NCBI RefSeq assembly: GCF_004010195.1 | Contig: NC_057719.1 | Location: forward strand, 72,948,088-73,012,087 | Length of the DNA stretch: 64,000 nt | Source: Chiloscyllium plagiosum | Lineage: Eukaryota | Direction of reading: 5' to 3' | Part shown: piece by piece, positions 56,590-64,000 of the stretch | Layout: each line of letters begins with the position of its first letter | Position numbering within the stretch: the first letter of the stretch is position 1 | Translations under genes and position numbers: made by a program | The notes under the pieces: generated by a model | The model's input: only the letters and a program-made list of their open reading frames with translations | What the model was told of the DNA's origin: nothing | Database searches by the model: none

Positions 56590-59152
56590 GATAGGTTAAA
56601 GATAGTGCAGGATAGGCATGTCCCGTTGAAGGCAAAGGATAGGAAGGGCAAGATTCGTGAACCGTGGATGACAGGAGAAATTGTACGACTAGCAAAGTGG
56701 AAAAGGGAAGCATACGTAAGATCTAGGCAAGTAAGAACACAACAGGCCCCTGGAAGAATATCGGAAGAGTAGGTCAAGTCTTAAACGAGGAATCAAGCGG
56801 GCTAAAAGGGGTCATGAAATAGCTTTAGCAAGCAGAATTAAGGAGAATCCCACAGCATTTTATTCTTATATAAGAAGCAAGCGGGTAACTAGAGAAAGGA
56901 TTGGTCCTCTAAAGGATAACGAAGGAAGGCTGTGTATCGAACCTGAGAGAATAGGTGAGATTCTGAATGATTACTTTGCAGCAGTGTTCACTGAGGAGAG
57001 GAACATGATGAATGTTGAGATTAGGGATAGAAGGAGAAAGTGAAAACTGCAGATGCTGGAGATCAGAGCTGAAAAATGTGTTGCTGGAAAAGCGCAGAGT
57101 TCAGGCAGCATCCAAGGAGCAGGAGATTGGAAGTTTCGGGCATAAGCCCTTCTTCAGGAATGAGGAAGGTGTGCCAAGCAGGCTAAGATAAAAGGTAGGG
57201 AGGAGGGACTTGGGGAAGGGGCGTTGGGAATGCGATAGGTGGAAGGAGGTTAAGGTAAGGGTGATAGGCCCGAGAAGGATTGGGGATGTAGAGGTCGGGA
57301 AGAATACTGGGTTATTCAGTATTGGAATTGGTCCTCCTGGGAGCAGATGCGACGGAGGCGAAGGAATTGGTATTATGGGATGGCGTTTTTACAGGAGGCA
57401 GGGTGGGAGGAGGTGTAATCTAGGTAGCTGTGGGAGTCGGTCGGTTTATAGTAAATGCCCGAAACGTCGAATCTCTTGCTCCTTGGATGCTGCCTGATCT
57501 GCTGTGCTTTTCCAGCAACACATTCTTCAGCATTAGGAATAGAAGTTTGATTAGTCTGGATCACGTTGACACAAGTAGGGAAGATGTGTTGGGGTAGGCT
57601 AGAGGTTATTAAGGTGGATAAATCCCCAGGGCCGGATGGGTTGCTGAGGGAGGCGAGAGAGGAAATAACTGGGGCCCTGACAGATATCTTTGTGGCATCC
57701 TTAAGTACAGGTGAGCTGCCAAAGGACTGCTCATGTTGCCCCCCCCATACAAGGGTTGTAGGGATATTCCAGGTAACTACAGACCAGTGAACCTGATGTT
57801 GGTGGTGGGAAAGTTGCTGGAGAAGGTACTGAGGGATAGGATCTATTTATATTAAGAAAAGAATGGGCTTATCAGTGATAGGCAACATGGTTTTGTGCGG
57901 GGGAGATCGTGCCTTACCAACTTAGAGTTCTTTGAGGAAGTGACCAAGTTGATAGATGAAGGAAGGGCTGTTGATGTCATATACATGGACTTTGGTATGG
58001 CATTTGATAAGGTCCCCCATGGTAAACTAATGAAGAAAGTGAAGTCATATGGTGTGCAGGGTGTTCTAGCTAGGTGGACAAAGAACTGGTAGAGAAACAA
58101 AAGACAGTAGTAGTTGAAGGGAGCTTCTTGAAATGGAGAAAGGTGACCAGTGGTGTTTCACAGGGGTCAGTGTTGGGGCCACTGTTGTTTGTAATATACA
58201 TAAATGATCTTGAAGAGGGCACTGTTGGTATGATCAGCAAGTTTGCAGATGACACGAAGTTTGGTGGATTAGCAGAAAGCATAAAGGACTATCAGAGAAT
58301 ACGGAAGGATATAGATAGATTGGAGAGTTAGGCAGAAAAGTGGCAGATGGTTTTCAATCCAAACAAATGTGAGGTAATGCATTTAAGCAAGATTAATTCT
58401 AGAGCAAATTATACAATGAACAGAAGAGCCTTGGGAAAAGTTAATGGGCAGAGAGATCTGTGTGTGCAGGTCCATCGCACCCTGAAGGTTGCTGCACAGG
58501 TGGATAGAGTGGTCAAGGCGGCATATAGTATGCTTATATTCAATAGCCTGTCCAATGAAGACAAGAGCTGACAAGTCATGTTAACATTGTACAAGACATT
58601 GGTTTGGCCACATTTAGAATACTGTGTACAGTTCTGGTTGCCACATTATCAAAAGGATGTGGATGCTTTGGAGAGGGTGCAGAGCGGGTTTACAAGGATG
58701 TTGCCTAGTACGGAGGGTGCTAGCTATGAAGAAAGGTTGAGTAGGTTAGGTTTATTTTCATTAGAAAAAAGGAGATTGAGGGGGGACCTGATTGAGGTTT
58801 ATAAAATAATGAAGGGTATAGACAGGGTGGATAGAGACAAGCTTTTTCCCAGGATGAAGGATTGAATAACGAGAGGTCACACTTTCAAGGTGAGAGGTGG
58901 AAAGTTTAAGGGGGATACATGCAGCAAGTACTTCACACAGAGGGTGGTGGGCATTTGGAAAGCGTTGCATGCAGAGGTGGTAGAGGCAGGCAGGCATGGT
59001 AGATTCTATTAAGATGTGTCTGGATAAATGCATGAGTAGGTGGGGAGTAGAGGGATACAAATGCTTAGGAATTGATCGACAGGTTTAGACAGTACAGCTC
59101 AGGCTTGAGAGCTGAAGGGCCTGTTCCTGGGCTGTAAATTTTCTTTGTTCTT
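56590..59152 (+). mobile_element. CR1 ORF2 (RT to 3' end) in DTD2 intron 2
   Basis: KSPGPDG, GRSCLTNLEFFEE, QGSVLGPLLF, KFADDTK and PHLEYCVQFW motifs. Confidence 0.9.
57034..57531. mobile_element. Penelope-derived fold-back element retaining an internal RT fragment, in DTD2 intron 2 inside a CR1
   Basis: 14-bp TSD ATTAGG(G/A)ATAGAAG (57020-57033, 57532-57545); minus-strand peptide IYYKPTDSHSYLDYTSSHPASCKNAIP is typical of Penelope ORFs. Confidence 0.85.
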
Positions 59153-59369
59153 TAAATGCCTTGAAACTTTAAAAGAAGCTTGATAAATGCTCATTGTTGA
59201 TGAAGTTGTTATACATAGATCTTTTAAAATTTTGATTGACTCAGCATTGGAAGTAATAGAAACAGCATGAAATAGAAACTGTAGATATTTTCTAATCAAC
59301 CTGCTCATATATATTACTATACGTCTCTGAAGCAGGTGGGACATGACAATCCATATGCTATATACTTAC

Positions 59370-59439
59370 CCATTTTGGGAATAATGTCAACAGTAGCACT
59401 TTTAAAAAAGCAGACGTAGATCAATGTCCCTCTTTGAAT
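59370..59439 (-). CDS. DTD2: DTD2 exon 2 (IQRGTLIYVCFFKSATVDIIPKM)
   Basis: TTACAG acceptor, GTAAGT donor, 70 nt, phase 0->1. Confidence 0.93.
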
Positions 59440-59762
59440 CTGTAAATCAAGGAAATCAGAGCAAAAATATACAATATATCTTCCATTAAATGAAGAGAAA
59501 AATGAAGGTTGAGTGAAAGGTTGCGTAAACCTCCGGGAGACAGAAGAGAGGAGAGACGGGAAAAAAAATGTTGGTGAGGGAATTAGGTGGGATGTGAAGG
59601 AATTCAAAGCTTTAATTCATTTCACAGTCCCAGAGGCCCGACACTTCCTCAGGTTCCATGCCAAACTCCGAGCTCGTTGCCAGAAGAAACAGGGCGTCGG
59701 GCAAATCTGTGCACAGTGGCGTAACTAAACCGAAAGCAAGTCGCCTGTCTCTCACCGAGTAC

Positions 59763-59852
59763 CTGAACCCATTCAGCCGCCGCGCCTTCTTCCGCCTCCT
59801 TCACTTGCAGCTGGGCAGAGAGACATTGCTGCAGCAACACACGAGCAGCCAT
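59763..59852 (-). CDS. DTD2: D-aminoacyl-tRNA deacylase 2 / ATD, exon 1 (MAARVLLQQCLSAQLQVKEAEEGAAAEWVQ)
   Basis: ATG at 59852, the ARxLLQQC N-terminal motif, donor CAG|GTACTC, 90 nt. Confidence 0.9.
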
Positions 59853-59859
59853 CAAAGAC

Positions 59860-60000
59860 AACACTAGCGCCGATGCTTCCGCCGGAAACTCGGGACATTG
59901 TCAGGGTCCCCCGGACCGTTAACGCGCAGGCGCTTGGCGGGACTACCTCCACGAGGCAGTTGGGGTATTCGTTCATATCTCTGACCGCGGGAACCACGGA
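59860..60000. promoter_or_regulatory. CpG-rich DTD2 promoter with NRF1-like (GCGCAGGCGC, 59924-59933) and ETS-like (CTTCCG/CCGGAA, ~59876-59887) motifs
   Basis: High CpG density directly upstream of the DTD2 ATG; housekeeping-type motifs identified by eye. Confidence 0.55.
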
Positions 60001-60369
60001 GTATGAAAGGTGTCCTTAAATGTCCTTCATTATGTCCGTATTGCAGTTTTATTCTGTCTCTTTACTTGCTTTGGTTCTCATTCTGGATTTGTTCAACCTC
60101 AGCTCATGAACAGGCAGTACAAATTCCGAAACAGAAGATTCAGAATACCACAATATCAGAATGCTACATTAAAACATTTACTGTGGGGTTCCCCTCAACC
60201 TCCGAACATCATAAGTTCCTTTTCATACATTTCCCCCTCAACCATTTGAAAACTTCAGTCGAAAATGAAATTGAATCACAAGGTTCCAGATTCTATTCAG
60301 AGCTAAGTTCGCTCACTTCTGTAATTTGGCAATAAATGTGCTTATATTGGTCTCGGATCCTTCAGCTCG

Positions 60370-61080
60370 ATAAGAAATAATCAGCTATGGTAACCAGGAA
60401 ATGATGTTAAACTTGGACAAAACACTTGTTAGACCTCAACTGGAGTATTGTGTCGAGTTGAGTGAACCACATTACTGAAAAGATGTGAATGTGTTGGAGC
60501 AATTTACAAAAAAAAAGTTCCAGAAATGAGAAACTTCAGTTGCAAGGATAGATTGGTGAAGTTGGGACAAAAAAAAACAAATTGCGCGAAAAGTTCAGCG
60601 GGGCTGGCAGCATCTGTGGAGAGAAATCAAAGCGAACATTTCAGGTCCAATGACCCTTCCTCAGAATAGTTTTGTTTTGAAAAATTTGAGACTGTACTCC
60701 TTGGAGAGAAGAAGGCTGTAGGAAATATGGTCGAAGTTTCCAAAATCACGAGCCGACAGGACAAAGGAGATAGGGAGAAAGTACTCCTGCTCATTTAAAA
60801 GAGAAGGCGTTGATTTAAAGTGATATGCCAAAGAAGCAAGGGTCATGTGAGAAAACAAAACTTGTTCACGGAGAGTAGTTAAGGTTTTGGAATGCACTAC
60901 CCGGAAATGTGATTGAGGCAGATTCAATTCAGGCATTGGAGAGAGCATTGGATGATTATTTGGATAGAAATGATGTACAAGAATATGCAGAAAAGAAAGG
61001 CATGAGATTGACACTATAGGTAATAGAACTAGTGCAGGCACAATGGGGCCAATGGCCTTACCAAGGTAATGATTCTGTGA
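60370..61080 (+). mobile_element. Degenerate CR1 3' fragment with a nested Penelope pseudo-LTR piece (~60575-60667)
   Basis: LVRPQLEYCV remnant; minus-strand CTGAGGAAGGGTCATTGGACCTGAAA. Confidence 0.65.
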
Positions 61081-61659
61081 ACCAGACATTGGAATTGAAC
61101 ACATTCTATGAAGACAGGATTAATTTTAGCTACAATAACTTACACGAGATGAAAGCCTGCAAAATCTTAAGTTTTGGACAATATATTACTAAACCTGTGA
61201 AACTTTTGTATTGATTTTAAAACAGCTCCTTTTGAATCTTGGGCACAGTTAACACAGATTTTATTCAAACACACTAGGTGAAAATCCACCAATGTCTCTC
61301 TTTGGAGCAAAGTTGAAAAACACCAGGTTATAGCCTTGTACTTCCAAATAAGCCTGTTGTACTATAACCTGGTGTTGCGTGATTTTTAACTTTGTCCACC
61401 CCAGTCCAACACCGGCACCTCAACATCATCTCTTTGAAACAGTCTGCATGACAATTTAGGTATTTTACAGCTCATTTGTCATTGAATATTTTAGCAATTA
61501 TATCAACTATACTCTTATCAATAAATAAAGCTATGCCAGTAGTGCAGATGTTACTTTCATGTACTCATTAACCCTATGAAGCATTGTGGTCAATGGTTCT
61601 ACATTCCCTTTCAATTTGCTTTCTTATTAACTTAAATCATTCTGAAGATTGTCACCTTT

Positions 61660-63690
61660 TAAGATAGAAAATAGGAGCAGGAGTAGGCCACTTGACCCTT
61701 CAAGCCTGCTGTGCCATTCAAGATGATCATGGCTGACCATTCAACTAAGTACCCTGTTCCCATTTTCTCCCTGTACTGCTTGAACCCGTTGGCCCTAATA
61801 ACTACATCTAACTCCTCCTTAGAAAAAAAAATCAACGTTTTGACCTCAATTGTTTTTGGAGACAGAATTCCACAGACACACCATTCTTTGGGTGAAGAAA
61901 TCTCTTTTCATCTTAGTCCTAAATAGCCAAATTCATATCCCTGGGCTATGATTCCTGGTTCTGGACTCAAAACTCATTGGGAATTCCTTCCTGTGTATAT
62001 CCTGTCCAGTCCTGTTAGACTTTCGTAGGTTTCTATGAGATTCCCCTCAGTCTTCTAAATTCCAGTCAATTTCATTGTAACCGTTCCACTTTTGCTTCCT
62101 CCATCAGGCCTGTCATCAGTCCAGGAACAGCTTGGTAACCCTTTGAACTTTATCCCTTGCCAGAACGTCTTTCCTCAGATGGGGAAAATTGCACTCAGTA
62201 CTCCAGAGGTAGTTTCATCAAGGCCTTGTAAAAATGCAGCAAGACATCCCCACTCCTGTATTCGAATCTTCTTGTTATGAAGGCTAACATACCATTTGCC
62301 TTCTTCACTGACTGCTGCATCAGCATGCTTACTTTCAATAAACAGTGTACAAGGACCCCCATGTCTTGTTGCTCCTCTTCTTTCCCAATCTAATACTGTT
62401 CAGATCATAATGCGACTTCTTGTATTTGCAACCAAAGTAGATAACTTCACATTTATTCACATTATACTTCATCTGCTCTGCATTTTCCCAAGTTGTCCAA
62501 GCTACACTGTACCCTTTCTGCATTTCCATCTCAGCTCACAATCCCATCCAGTTTTGTTTGTCTGCCAACTTGGAGATATGACATTTCATTTCCTCATATC
62601 AATCATTACTATATCTCATGAGTAGCTGAGGTCCAAGCACTGATCAATGCGGTAACCCACTGGACACAGAAAAAGACCTATTTATTCCTTCTTATTGTTT
62701 CCTATCTGCCAAACAGTTCTCCATCCATGTCAGTAAACTACTCCAATCCCATTGTTACATGCTAAGCTCTTCTATGGAACTTTATCAAAAGCTTTCTGCA
62801 AGTCCAAGTAATTCACATCCACTGGCTCTTCCTCATCAACTGTACTAGTTACATCTGATAATGTTCTCGAGAATTTTCCCAACTACCGATGTCAGGCTAA
62901 CTGGTCTACACTTGCCTATTTTCTCTCTGTTACCTGTTTTAAAATCTTGTGGTTATGTTAGCTGCTGTCCAATCATAGGAACTTTTCCAAAGTCAATGAA
63001 ATCTTATAAAATAACCACTAATTCATCCATTGTTTCCAGAGCCACTTCATTATGTAGTCTGGAATATAGATTATCTGGCCCTGGGGATGTACTGACCTTT
63101 AATCCCATCAGTTTCCCCAACACTATTTCCCTATTCAGTGATTTCTTTCAGTTCCTCACTCTCACTTGTCCCTGTGTTCCCCAACATGTTTGGGACATTT
63201 GTCCTCCTATCTGAAGGCAGAACCCAAAATATTTATTTAATTGATCTGCTATCTCTTGATTTCCCAATAAACCTCTTTTGTTTCTGATTGTAAGGATCTG
63301 ACATTTGTTTTCACTAATCTTTCTCTCTTCACATACCTTTTGGAGCTTTTGCAATCCATTTTATGTTCCCTGCAAGCTTACTTTTGCACTGTTTCCTCTT
63401 CCTAATCAATCCCTTTGACCTCCTTTGCTGAAATGTATACTTTTCCCAATCCTCAGGTCTGCTGTTCGTTTTGGACAATTTCTATGTCCCTTCCTTGGAG
63501 TTAATACTATTGTTGCAGTTCCTCTATTCACTCCTGAAACATTTGCCATTGCCTTTGCAACATCATCCCTTCAAGTAACATTCCCCAATTTATCACAGTT
63601 AGCTCATGCCTCATAACATCATAGTTTCCTTTATTTAGATTCAGCTCACTGGTTCCAGAATCAATTACATAATTCTCCATTTTAACTTTG
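61660..63690 (-). mobile_element. Degenerate CR1 ORF2
   Basis: YNVNKCEVIYFG and EIADQLNKYF remnants. Confidence 0.75.
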
Positions 63691-64000
63691 GGAGCAGAGC
63701 ATGGAAGATAAAGTATTTAATAAGCAAAATGTTTTTTACTACTGTGATATCATGTATTATCATTGCTTTATATTTCAGGTGAATATCAAAGGAGGCTTTT
63801 GGTCACATATTTGTGATTAGGCATTCTAATATCATTATATAATTCAGAAAATTCTGAAACCCAGAAAAAACTAGGTCTAAATATTCCAGAGTGAAGGAAG
63901 TACTGTCTACTGTCAATCAAGAATTGACCAAGGTGTAATATTTTTCTTTAAACTTGATACCTTGAACAAAAACACACTTCTATATTTTAATTTCCTTTAA

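Noticed and set aside
60000..64000. Expected neighbouring genes upstream of DTD2 (GPR33/NUBPL in mammals)
   Set aside because: No recognisable exons; the region is CR1 debris.

Overview
This is eukaryotic, repeat-rich vertebrate DNA. The repeat families (CR1 LINEs, HE1-like tRNA-SINEs, Penelope-like elements) suggest a shark or other elasmobranch; this is an inference. Two intron-containing genes lie in tandem on the minus strand. The first is a complete 3-exon DTD2 (ATD tRNA deacylase; 59852->53839, 161 aa). The second is the 5' part of HEATR5A: a putative non-coding exon 1 in a CpG-rich region near 48.1-48.3 kb, then 10 coding exons from 31515 down to 902, continuing beyond the window. All exon phases and GT-AG sites were checked by hand. 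The rest is mostly decayed retroelements: a full-length L1-clade LINE with target-site duplication (TSD), many CR1 fragments, an old Penelope element, SINEs, a MITE and solo-LTR-like elements, plus two assembly gaps. The most striking unannotated signal is a family of short Penelope-derived fold-back (inverted-arm) insertions, each flanked by a 12-17 bp TSD. They carry a minimal type-I hammerhead ribozyme core (CUGAAGA-A-GGGC-loop-GCCC-GAAA-CG-UC). In this window the core is intact only in copies antisense to the host genes.
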